A DNA stretch of 64,000 nt, taken from positions 605 to 64,604 of the forward strand of contig CACZZN010000011.1 of NCBI GenBank assembly GCA_902785705.1. The letters are read 5' to 3'. This document shows positions 6,870 through 15,298 of the stretch, in pieces. The translations under genes and the position numbers were made by a program. The stretch is from an uncultured Veillonellaceae bacterium. GTDB taxonomy: Bacteria > Bacillota > Negativicutes > Selenomonadales > Selenomonadaceae. Within the stretch, counting starts at the first letter, position 1, and every line of letters begins with the position of its first letter. The notes under the pieces are model-generated. The model saw only the letters and a list, made by a program, of their open reading frames with translations. It was not told where the DNA came from and did no database searches.

Positions 6870-6899
6870 ATTATAACGTGTTTATTTACATATTGACAA
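6870..6899 (-). promoter_or_regulatory. Putative promoter TTGTCA-18-TATAAT for the peptide gene; -35 lies inside the last codons of cas2-3
   Basis: - strand TTGTCA 6899-6894, TATAAT 6875-6870. The cas2-3 stop is at 6888-6886. Confidence 0.5.
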
Positions 6900-9800
6900 G
6901 AGAAGAATCTGTGAAATTGTGTTTTTGCTTATTCGGGTCATTCTTTTTCCATAAGCCTAACTGATCAGAATAAAGCAGGGTATATCGCGAACCCGCGCCA
7001 TAATACGGTATTGTAATCCTGCCGAATTTTTCGCTGAGAGATTCCATTCTTGCCTCTTCTGCTTCGGGAGGGCAGTCGGGATGCAGAGCCTGTTCCCGAA
7101 GGGACGCTATATAGTCCCGCTCCAGCCAAAGTCGTTTCTTTGCAGTAGTATCTATCATATCCGTAGCAAATTCAATATGGTAGCTATCTTCCTTAGCGAT
7201 ATACTCTCCCGTCCTTGCCCGTTCATAGAATTTGGGTTTTCGATTTCTATAGCAGAGGCATAGCGGGATTTGCGGAGTTCCATCCCGGAATGGATGGAGC
7301 ATCTGCGGGAGTCCCGTCATCCACCAATATTCCCTGAGATATCCGTGCAATGTGTCGGGGCCGACGGCAGATATATCACAGAAGTCCTGCATGACTTGAT
7401 GTTCCAAATGAATCAGGTGCTTTCCCGGTTCCAGAGGGAATGGCTTGCGGATTCTCGGAACGGCATCTACTTTCGTCAGCAGATCAGACGCGTTTACCAA
7501 GTCGTTCATATCGTGGCTATCCAACGGATACCGTTCGGATGTTTCATAGCCGGGATGACAAAAAGCCGGACTTTTGCCATCCAGTCCTTTGAGATTGTAT
7601 TGCAGGATGGCAATATTGGGAGTGGAGATATCTTCCTTGAGGTTCCGATGGCGGAGAACCCTTCCCGCCAGCTGGATGATGGAGCGGTAGGAGGATGGCT
7701 CCACCACAGCCCAGTCAAAATCATGATCCCGGCCGATTTCTTCCACGGGTGTCGAGATGACAAGAAAAAGAAGATTTTCCTCAGAGACGCTATTGATATG
7801 TGAACGGAGAACAGGATCGTCCGAAAGGATGGAAGAGGCGGCTCCTTTGCGTTTTAATACCCGGTCCAGGTAAGTTTCCTGCTCATGGCGCAGCAGCAGC
7901 GTCTGACGACTGTGATAGGTCATCAGACGTACGGCATAGCCTGCCCAATCCGCATGCAGGAGAAACAGGCTCAGGTATACGCAGGGATCGATGTTTGCCA
8001 TGCGGATCAGACCAAAGGATATTTTCTTCCCGGATACGGTGTCGATGAAACAGTGGGCGTTATGCAGGGAAATGGCGGTTTTCTGTATTTGTGCGAAATA
8101 CAGAAGCCTCTGCTGCGATTCCTCCACATTTTCTTCTTTAAGGATCGGTACAAGACATGCTTTTCGCTTGACCATTTGCCGGTCAAGTTTCATGATTCGC
8201 TTATCTACGAACTCCCGGTGAAGTTTTTTGTATTCTTGTCCGAAAGTTTCTGAGTTTCCCGAAATCGGACAAACTGCCGTTCTGAATTCATCGCACCAAG
8301 CACAGAGGATTTGCGCATGCTGTTGAGTGAATCCGTTGTAGAGAACACGACCTTCCCAATAGGCGCAAAACAGTCCTTCTGCCAGGTCAGGCGGGATGGT
8401 AGCAGACGAAATTGCTACATTTCTTCCCAACATACCGGCTAAATGGACAAGATGGGCGATGGGAATCAGGTCGTTTGCATTGAAATCGTCCACTTCGTCG
8501 ATTACAAGGTCGGATGACATCAACCGCAGGAAAGGCAGCATGTATTTGCCTCCCCGAGTGCTTTCCGTCGCGCGGATGAGATGGTCAATGGTTGCAACGA
8601 GTACCGGTTTATAGAGAAAGGCCCGATTTTTCTTTGTGAAGCCGGGCTTGTTGTTGTCAAAGAAAATGTCGAGAAAGCTGTCCGAACTATCCAGTGCATA
8701 GTGAATGCCACTATCCAGCAAATCCTCCTGCCCTTCTTCCCCAAAAACGGAATCCTCCTGTGTCTGTTGGTACAGTTCTTGTACCGCGGAATCGCCAATC
8801 AGGACGGCCAGTTCGTCCTCGTCCAGGCCGATGCGCTGACGATATTCGGTTCCTGTCTGCAGAGTCAGGGAACGTAACCCCAAGGCAAGGACGTAGCGAA
8901 GGGATTTTCCGTCTTTTGATACAGCTTGCATGATTTTGGCATTAGCGATGGTTTTCCCGCAACCCGTACTTGCCATGTTCACGATGAACCAGCCATTTTC
9001 CGCGTCCGTGTCCTGTGCCTCACGGAAATAGCGGATGGTCTCCACTGCGGTATCCTGCCAAAGGAAGGGTTTGGGACTTTTCTTCCTCAAAGAACGGATG
9101 TCTCTGGCGAACTCCATCCGTTCGGCCAGTTGAGGCAGACGATGCGCGATTTTCAAAGCCTGTGCCGTCACACGTACCAGATGTTCATCCAGTTTCTGCC
9201 CGCCACCGGATTTGGCGTACAGATCGCAGTCCGTTTTCCAATTCGGGTCGGCAGGATTGGAAGAGGAAGAGACGTAATAATCCGCCATCATCATGCTCAG
9301 ACGCGCGTAATGCAGAACAGGACGCAGGGACGGAGTATCAAGAAGCCGCAGGATGTGTTCCCGTTCCTCCGATAGCCTTTGTGCCCACTTCTTCACCTGC
9401 TTGCTCCAAGGGTCGGATTTCTTCAGGAGCCCACGGGCGAATTTGACCGGGACGGAGGTGTCCTTCTGATATCCCCAATTGCTTTCTATGACTGACAGTA
9501 CGGAGGAAAGGGAGTTCTTTGCGTTCCCCTTGTACTTCGTGGCAATCTCCTTGTCTAAGACAGGCATACGGTGGTGGGTGAGGATGAGCCAGCAGATGAG
9601 ACTTGCAATAGGAGGGAAATGGGAGAAGGGTTCATCCATCACATCGGGAAGTTTCTTCAGGATCTGCTTCTCATCGAAGGATTGATTTTGCAAACTTTCC
9701 ATCCATATCCTGTCATCCTCTCCGGATTCCGTGGCTGCAATCAGAGCAGAAATCAATTTGCAGGAGATCCATTCGTGTCGGAAAGGGTCCTTCCCTTTGG

Positions 9801-10218
9801 ACGGTGCTGTCAGCATTTTCTGAAAGGCATGATTCGCTTTCCCCCAGTCATGCAGCAAAGAAGCCATGGCCGTCAATGCCTTGATGGCTGGTAGATATAC
9901 CCAGTGGTTTTCCCACTCGCCATGACGAATGTTTTTCTTTGTGGAGTGGACGGGTACGGTTCCCTGCTCGTTGAACTTGTCCCGATTTCCCACGATCCAC
10001 AAAAGTTCGCTCCGATTCCTGGAGCGAATCCAGTGGCAAGCGACCGCCGTATTTTTTGTGGCGGATTTTCGTAAGAGCATTTTCACGGTTTGCAGACCAT
10101 CTTCCGTAATGATGGTTTTCCATGTATCGTTACCGATGCGATCGGCGAAGGTATCCAGAATTTTTCTGGTAGACTGGAGAGATTTCTTTTCGCTGCGGCT
10201 CGTAAACAGGACCATCAT
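6886..10218 (-). CDS. cas3: Cas2-Cas3 fusion (type I-F Cas2/3 nuclease-helicase)
   Basis: 1110 aa. N-terminal ~95-aa Cas2-like module, HD region (LLHDWGKANHAFQ), Walker A (NMASTGCGKT) and a DEVDD helicase box. ATGA overlap with cas1. Confidence 0.9.
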   Translation of the reverse strand: MMVLFTSRSEKKSLQSTRKILDTFADRIGNDTWKTIITEDGLQTVKMLLRKSATKNTAVACHWIRSRNRSELLWIVGNRDKFNEQGTVPVHSTKKNIRHGEWENHWVYLPAIKALTAMASLLHDWGKANHAFQKMLTAPSKGKDPFRHEWISCKLISALIAATESGEDDRIWMESLQNQSFDEKQILKKLPDVMDEPFSHFPPIASLICWLILTHHRMPVLDKEIATKYKGNAKNSLSSVLSVIESNWGYQKDTSVPVKFARGLLKKSDPWSKQVKKWAQRLSEEREHILRLLDTPSLRPVLHYARLSMMMADYYVSSSSNPADPNWKTDCDLYAKSGGGQKLDEHLVRVTAQALKIAHRLPQLAERMEFARDIRSLRKKSPKPFLWQDTAVETIRYFREAQDTDAENGWFIVNMASTGCGKTIANAKIMQAVSKDGKSLRYVLALGLRSLTLQTGTEYRQRIGLDEDELAVLIGDSAVQELYQQTQEDSVFGEEGQEDLLDSGIHYALDSSDSFLDIFFDNNKPGFTKKNRAFLYKPVLVATIDHLIRATESTRGGKYMLPFLRLMSSDLVIDEVDDFNANDLIPIAHLVHLAGMLGRNVAISSATIPPDLAEGLFCAYWEGRVLYNGFTQQHAQILCAWCDEFRTAVCPISGNSETFGQEYKKLHREFVDKRIMKLDRQMVKRKACLVPILKEENVEESQQRLLYFAQIQKTAISLHNAHCFIDTVSGKKISFGLIRMANIDPCVYLSLFLLHADWAGYAVRLMTYHSRQTLLLRHEQETYLDRVLKRKGAASSILSDDPVLRSHINSVSEENLLFLVISTPVEEIGRDHDFDWAVVEPSSYRSIIQLAGRVLRHRNLKEDISTPNIAILQYNLKGLDGKSPAFCHPGYETSERYPLDSHDMNDLVNASDLLTKVDAVPRIRKPFPLEPGKHLIHLEHQVMQDFCDISAVGPDTLHGYLREYWWMTGLPQMLHPFRDGTPQIPLCLCYRNRKPKFYERARTGEYIAKEDSYHIEFATDMIDTTAKKRLWLERDYIASLREQALHPDCPPEAEEARMESLSEKFGRITIPYYGAGSRYTLLYSDQLGLWKKNDPNKQKHNFTDSSLVNM

Positions 10219-11186
10219 ATCTCTTCACGCTCCTTGGGCATGGAAAGACTTTGTTCCTTGATTTTTTCGAAAATAAAATCAAGCGCTTTGTGATCTGTGA
10301 ATTTTTGTAGACATATCTGTCGAAATTCCTGGCTCGTTCGGCCATATCGGGCAGAGATAAAAGCCCATGGCAAAACAATAGCATCTTTGATTAGGTCTGC
10401 GGCATCAAACACAAGTGCTCCACGTCTGGTTTTTCCGTGCATCAGAGCAAATCCATGTGGAATGCCCAATACCCAAAGCGCCGTTGCTCCCAATCCGTAG
10501 GCCAGATAATTCCCATGGTTCAAGAAACGATTTGCATCATCATGCGCATTCGGGTTTCTTTTGAAGTCTGGAGTGTCTGTTCTGCCAGCGGTGTAATGGT
10601 AAAGACTTTTGGTGAATTGGGCTTCGTCGCTTAGCAGTTCGGTGACATGACGTGCTTGTTCGATGCGGTTTCGGAATCGTTGGATGGCCTGCTCGATTTC
10701 CTGATCGTCCGGATAGAGACCTTCCTGTTGGAGTTCTCTGTCTTTGCCCCAGGTCTGAAGAAAATAGTCGCAACGGGCACGCTGTAATTGCTTTGCGGCG
10801 AAAAGCCGCTTTTGCTCATCGAACCAAAAAGAAAGCCAGCCTTGGACGTATTCTGTGGGCCTGTATTCGCTTTGTGGGGTAATCCACTCAACTTCTGTAC
10901 CGGAAAAGAGCGGCGTGCCGCCACCGCCACAGAATCCGACCAAGACGCCGGCGGCTGCCAGCATACGCATGGCAGCCTGCGTGACGGAAGTCCCTGTTCC
11001 GAGGAGTATGACCGTCGTATTTCCAATGGGAATGTTCCAATAGAGATTTTCTTTTTTTGCTTCTGTCAGATATAGGATTCGTCCATCTTTTTGCATGACA
11101 CGGCATTTTTCCAAGTAGTAGATATTGGCACGTTTAGAATGCAGGATAGTTTTCAAATCAGATGGCGTTATGGTTGTTTTTTTCAT
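10215..11186 (-). CDS. cas1: Cas1 integrase (I-F subtype)
   Basis: 323 aa. Size, position and blocks such as TVILLGTGTSVTQAAMRMLA and NRFLNHGNYLAYG fit Cas1. AAGGTG SD upstream. Confidence 0.9.
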   Translation of the reverse strand: MKKTTITPSDLKTILHSKRANIYYLEKCRVMQKDGRILYLTEAKKENLYWNIPIGNTTVILLGTGTSVTQAAMRMLAAAGVLVGFCGGGGTPLFSGTEVEWITPQSEYRPTEYVQGWLSFWFDEQKRLFAAKQLQRARCDYFLQTWGKDRELQQEGLYPDDQEIEQAIQRFRNRIEQARHVTELLSDEAQFTKSLYHYTAGRTDTPDFKRNPNAHDDANRFLNHGNYLAYGLGATALWVLGIPHGFALMHGKTRRGALVFDAADLIKDAIVLPWAFISARYGRTSQEFRQICLQKFTDHKALDFIFEKIKEQSLSMPKEREEI

Positions 11187-11517
11187 TCGCTACACCTTAC
11201 TCAGTCACCCGGATTTCCTGGTAAACTTACCGGACACCTTCGGTGTCCACACGTCCTTACTCCCAAGTCAATCCTCCATAAACCTTGCAGTATGCTAATT
11301 CCATTATAGCATTTCCATTGGTGCAAGGACAGTTCTTTTCAAGAAAGTCATCTTGAAATGATACTTCACTATGCCCGAATGACAAAAATTACGTAAACAA
11401 ATCCCGGAATCGTTCGGCGAATGCCATCCCCATGCTTTGGATGCCGAAAACAAATAAGCGGTATCCCTCAGAGAACTTTTCTAAATCAAAAATTGCAGCA
11501 TCCTCCATTCCCATGTT

Positions 11518-12618
11518 ATGATAGGAAAACACAAGGAGGTTTTTGGGGATGGAACAACAAACGATCGGTCATGCGGAACTTTTGGAGCAGGTGCCCGCGC
11601 CTTCTGGCGTGAACAGCCCACCCCCTACCGCGTCTGGCTGTCGGAGATCATGCTGCAGCAAACGCGCGTGGCTGCGGTCATGCCCTATTTTGAACGGTTC
11701 CTGGAAACGCTTCCCTCAATCTCCGCACTTGCGGAAGCCGACGAGGAAACGCTCATGAAGCTCTGGCAGGGGCTCGGCTACTACAACCGCGCAAGAAATC
11801 TGCAAAAAACCGCCCGAATCGTCATGGAAAAACATCGTGGCATGCTGCCCGAGAAATTCGAGGATCTGCTCGCCCTGCCCGGCATCGGGAGATACACTGC
11901 CGCCGCCATCAGCTCCATTGCGTACGGGCATTGCCATCCTGCCGTGGACGGCAATGTGCTGCGGGTCATCACAAGACTCCTGTGCTATGGCGAGGATATT
12001 TTGAAAGACCGTACCAAGCGCACGATGGAAGATGCGCTGCGGAAGATGTATCCCCGAGACAAGGCAGGTACACTGAACCAAGCCCTGATGGAACTCGGCG
12101 CAACGGTCTGCGTCCCCCATGGGGCGCCGCTCTGCGGGGAGTGCCCGCTGCAGTCCCTCTGCCTTGCCAAAAAAGAACACCGCATCGAGGATTATCCTCA
12201 TAAGGCGCAGGCAAAAAAACGCCGTGTCGAATACCTCACGATCCTGCGCTTGGAGCAAAACGGCTGTTTCGCCATCCATAAGCGGCCTTCCAAGGGACTG
12301 CTCGCAGGTCTCTGGGAGCTTCCGCATCTGGAGGGCTGGCCGGAAAAGCAGGAGCTCCGGCATACGCTTCAACAATTTGGGCTTGCCCCTCTCTCCATGA
12401 AAGCCCTGCCGGACGCGGTCCACATTTTTTCCCATGTGGAATGGCACATGAAGGGCTGGCATGTACGCCTCGCGGATGCGTCTTATGTCGCGGAGCACGC
12501 TGCCCCACTCTCCCCCATGCCCGATGAGCTCATTTGGGAAACGCCCGCCGTGCTCGCTCAAAATTACAGCATCCCTGCAGCGTTCCAGTATTTTTTGCCC
12601 GACACATGCAGGATTTGA
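11518..12618 (+). CDS. mutY: A/G-specific adenine DNA glycosylase MutY (start uncertain; see findings)
   Basis: PYRVWLSEIMLQQTRV, GLGYYNRARNL, HhH GIGRYTAAAI, a Cys cluster (CVPHGAPLCGECPLQSLC) and a C-terminal NUDIX-like domain. Confidence 0.85.
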   Translation: MIGKHKEVFGDGTTNDRSCGTFGAGARAFWREQPTPYRVWLSEIMLQQTRVAAVMPYFERFLETLPSISALAEADEETLMKLWQGLGYYNRARNLQKTARIVMEKHRGMLPEKFEDLLALPGIGRYTAAAISSIAYGHCHPAVDGNVLRVITRLLCYGEDILKDRTKRTMEDALRKMYPRDKAGTLNQALMELGATVCVPHGAPLCGECPLQSLCLAKKEHRIEDYPHKAQAKKRRVEYLTILRLEQNGCFAIHKRPSKGLLAGLWELPHLEGWPEKQELRHTLQQFGLAPLSMKALPDAVHIFSHVEWHMKGWHVRLADASYVAEHAAPLSPMPDELIWETPAVLAQNYSIPAAFQYFLPDTCRI

Positions 12619-12686
12619 GCATAACGTGCCGAATTATACATTGTATCGGAGTTGTTATCAGCATCTAAAGAGGTGTTTCATTCATT

Positions 12687-14750
12687 ATGTTTAGCATTTT
12701 TTCATCCGACGAGAAAAAGGGCTCCCAAAAGCCCCTGTCCCCCATTGCACAGCGCATTGTCCCAACGACTGCCGCAGTGTCCCAGCAGGATATCCGTGTC
12801 TCTTACCTGAACGAGAACGAACTGGACAAAGCTCACCTGAAGACGCTTTGCGATGTGTCCGAAGGGGCGGCGCTGATTCTTGGCTTCATCTCCCCCGATC
12901 TGGACATGGACAAGGTGGCCAGTGCCATCAAGCAGGAGATCCCGAGCAGCGCCAAGCTGATCCTCATGACGACCTCCGGCGAACTCTGCCGCACGGAACA
13001 AAGCTCCACGCTTTACTGCCCCGCGCCCGAGGGACGCGCGAAGATACTGCTGCAGGCATTCTCCCATCGCATGATCGAGAGCACCTATGTCATGAGCATC
13101 CCTCTCCCCGATGACGACCTGCGCGCAGGCAATGTGGACATGACGGTCAATGAGCGCGTGGCTGCCATCAGAAAGGAAATCGAGCGCTACAATCCGCCCT
13201 TCCGCATCAGTGTGAACCATACCTTCGCTCTCGTCTATGTGGACGGTGTTTCAAGCTGTGAGACCTTCGTGCTGCAGGCGCTCTATGAGTCCGGCAAATT
13301 CAGCTGTCCCTTCATGGGGGGAAGCGCAGCGGGAAATCTGGATTTTGCCCATACCTACATTTACAATGGCGAACGCACACTGGAAAACCACGCAGTCATC
13401 ACGCTGGTGCGCCTTGCAAAGCCCTATCGCTACGGTATCCTGAAATCCCAGGCCGTCGAGCGCACGGGAGATGTGTTCACCGTGAGCGGGGCAAATACCG
13501 CGCTCCGCTATATCGAGTCCGTGGATGACAACGGCCATGCGGTGTCCTTTATCGAAAAACTCAAGGAGCATTTCGGCGTTTCCACCGCAAAGGAGCTGGA
13601 GACCGCCATGCAGGGCTATACCTTCGCCACCGACATCAACGGCGAGGACTTTATCCGCACCATTGCGAGCATTGATGAGCCGAACAACCGCATCCACTTC
13701 TTCTGCGATGTGGTCACGGGCGAAAAGCTCTACCTTTTGAAGCGTCTTTCCCTGAATCAGACGCTGGAGAAAGATGTGCGCGCCTATCAGCAGACCAAGC
13801 CGGAGCCCATCGGCGGCATCCTCAACGACTGCATCCTGCGCCGTCTGGGCTATCCGCAGGAAATCACCCATATCGACCAGTTCAAAAATATCCCCGTCGC
13901 GGGTTTCTCCAGCTTCGGCGAAATCAGCGGACTGCATGTGAATGAGACCCTGACGGCCATCTTCTTCTACCATGTCCCCGCAGGCACATCCTTCCAGGAT
14001 GCTTATGTGGACAATTTCGCCCGCAGCTACGCGGACTGCAACGCCTTCTTCTTCCAGCGCACCATCGACCGGCAGAAGCATACCGAGACGCTGAAGGATC
14101 ATCTCATCCAGATGTTCCAGGACTATCAGGCGAAGATGCCGGGCATCGTGAAGACCATTATGCGCATGTCCAGCGATGTGGAGATGATACAGACCTCGAT
14201 CCAGGATCTCTCCGGCGGCATCGAGCAGCAAAACAAGCTCTTCAACCAGCTCATGCAGCGCAGCGGCGAGATCACGCCAAAATTGGACATGCTGAACCAG
14301 AGCACCCAAAAAATCAACGATGTCATGAAGATGATTCAGGATATTTCCGCGCAGATCAACCTGCTTGCGCTCAACGCGGCAATCGAGGCCGCCCGCGCAG
14401 GCGAAGCGGGACGCGGATTCTCGGTCGTCGCGCAGGAGGTCCGCAAGCTCTCGGAAAACACACAGGAGAGCCTGCACACCTCGGACGACGCCATCAAAGT
14501 GCTGCTCAACGATGTGAAGGAGATCGACGAAATCCTTGCGGAAAACCAGAACTTTGAGGAAAAAATCAATGAATTCGATTCTGATTTCACCGTCCGGATG
14601 AAGGATCTCCGCAAAAATCTGGAAGAAGGCTTCCAGCACATCCAAAGCTCCACCCGCTCCATCAAGGAACTGGAACGCATCAATGAAGCCACACAGTTGG
14701 AAATGGACAAGCTCACCACGATCATACACAATATCGAGATGGGGATTTGA
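12687..14750 (+). CDS. Cytoplasmic methyl-accepting chemotaxis protein with N-terminal FIST-like sensor
   Basis: 687 aa with no obvious TM segment. The N-terminal ~400 aa resemble FIST_N/FIST_C (GFISPDLD...ILMTTSGEL). The C-terminus carries the MCP signalling hairpin [33 protein letters not shown]. Confidence 0.75.
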   Translation: MFSIFSSDEKKGSQKPLSPIAQRIVPTTAAVSQQDIRVSYLNENELDKAHLKTLCDVSEGAALILGFISPDLDMDKVASAIKQEIPSSAKLILMTTSGELCRTEQSSTLYCPAPEGRAKILLQAFSHRMIESTYVMSIPLPDDDLRAGNVDMTVNERVAAIRKEIERYNPPFRISVNHTFALVYVDGVSSCETFVLQALYESGKFSCPFMGGSAAGNLDFAHTYIYNGERTLENHAVITLVRLAKPYRYGILKSQAVERTGDVFTVSGANTALRYIESVDDNGHAVSFIEKLKEHFGVSTAKELETAMQGYTFATDINGEDFIRTIASIDEPNNRIHFFCDVVTGEKLYLLKRLSLNQTLEKDVRAYQQTKPEPIGGILNDCILRRLGYPQEITHIDQFKNIPVAGFSSFGEISGLHVNETLTAIFFYHVPAGTSFQDAYVDNFARSYADCNAFFFQRTIDRQKHTETLKDHLIQMFQDYQAKMPGIVKTIMRMSSDVEMIQTSIQDLSGGIEQQNKLFNQLMQRSGEITPKLDMLNQSTQKINDVMKMIQDISAQINLLALNAAIEAARAGEAGRGFSVVAQEVRKLSENTQESLHTSDDAIKVLLNDVKEIDEILAENQNFEEKINEFDSDFTVRMKDLRKNLEEGFQHIQSSTRSIKELERINEATQLEMDKLTTIIHNIEMGI

Positions 14751-14768
14751 CCATATAGCTGCATAACG

Positions 14769-14810
14769 AAAAAATCAGCGATATCCGTGCAAAGATATCG
14801 CTGATTTTTT
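14769..14810. terminator. Bidirectional intrinsic terminator
   Basis: ATCAGCGATATC / GATATCGCTGAT 12-bp stem flanked by an A-run and a T-run. Confidence 0.8.
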
Positions 14811-14947
14811 AATCTTTATCTCTCTGCTCACTTGACAGCTGTCATTTCGCCGTTCTGTACGACAAAATGAATAGTTGAGGATTGCTTTTTTGCACCATTT
14901 ATAAAACAAACTCCTCAATACACCGTCCCTTACGCCTGTTTTTTACC

Positions 14948-15244
14948 TTACTCTTTGATCACTACAGTGGCGATATACTCCGTGTCTTCATTGACAACAA
15001 TATTCGGATTTTCCATTATCAGGTTTCCGTCCGTCACGCTCATAAAATGGCAAAGAGCGATTCCCATATCGATTTTCTGCACGTCCCAGGCATAAGCGTT
15101 TCGATATCCTTCTTTGTGCTGCTCGTAGAAATGATATTTGTTTCCGTCCTTGACGATGCGGCAGGGCTGCATATTGGCAGCCGACGGATACCACCTCACG
15201 GATTCCAATATAGCCAGTGTCCCGCTGTCAATTTGAACCATCAA
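14948..15244 (-). pseudogene. Nitroreductase-family fragment (C-terminal part only)
   Basis: 98-aa ORF with ESVRWYPSAANMQPCRIV (APSxxNxQPW-type motif) and IDMGIALCHF. The N-terminal half expected for this fold is missing, and only 54 nt separate it from the next gene. Confidence 0.4.
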
Positions 15245-15298
15245 GTCTTCTCCGGATCAAACAGAAGTCTTGCCAAATGAAGCCTTCCGCTTCCCTAT

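Noticed and set aside
6863-6883. Partial second match of the psi-spacer over the -10 of the peptide promoter (+ strand TGGATATTATAA vs TTGATATTAAAG)
   Set aside because: The PAM would be CA rather than CC. There is a seed mismatch at position 2 and no pairing beyond position 11. In A/T-rich promoter DNA this level of similarity is expected by chance.
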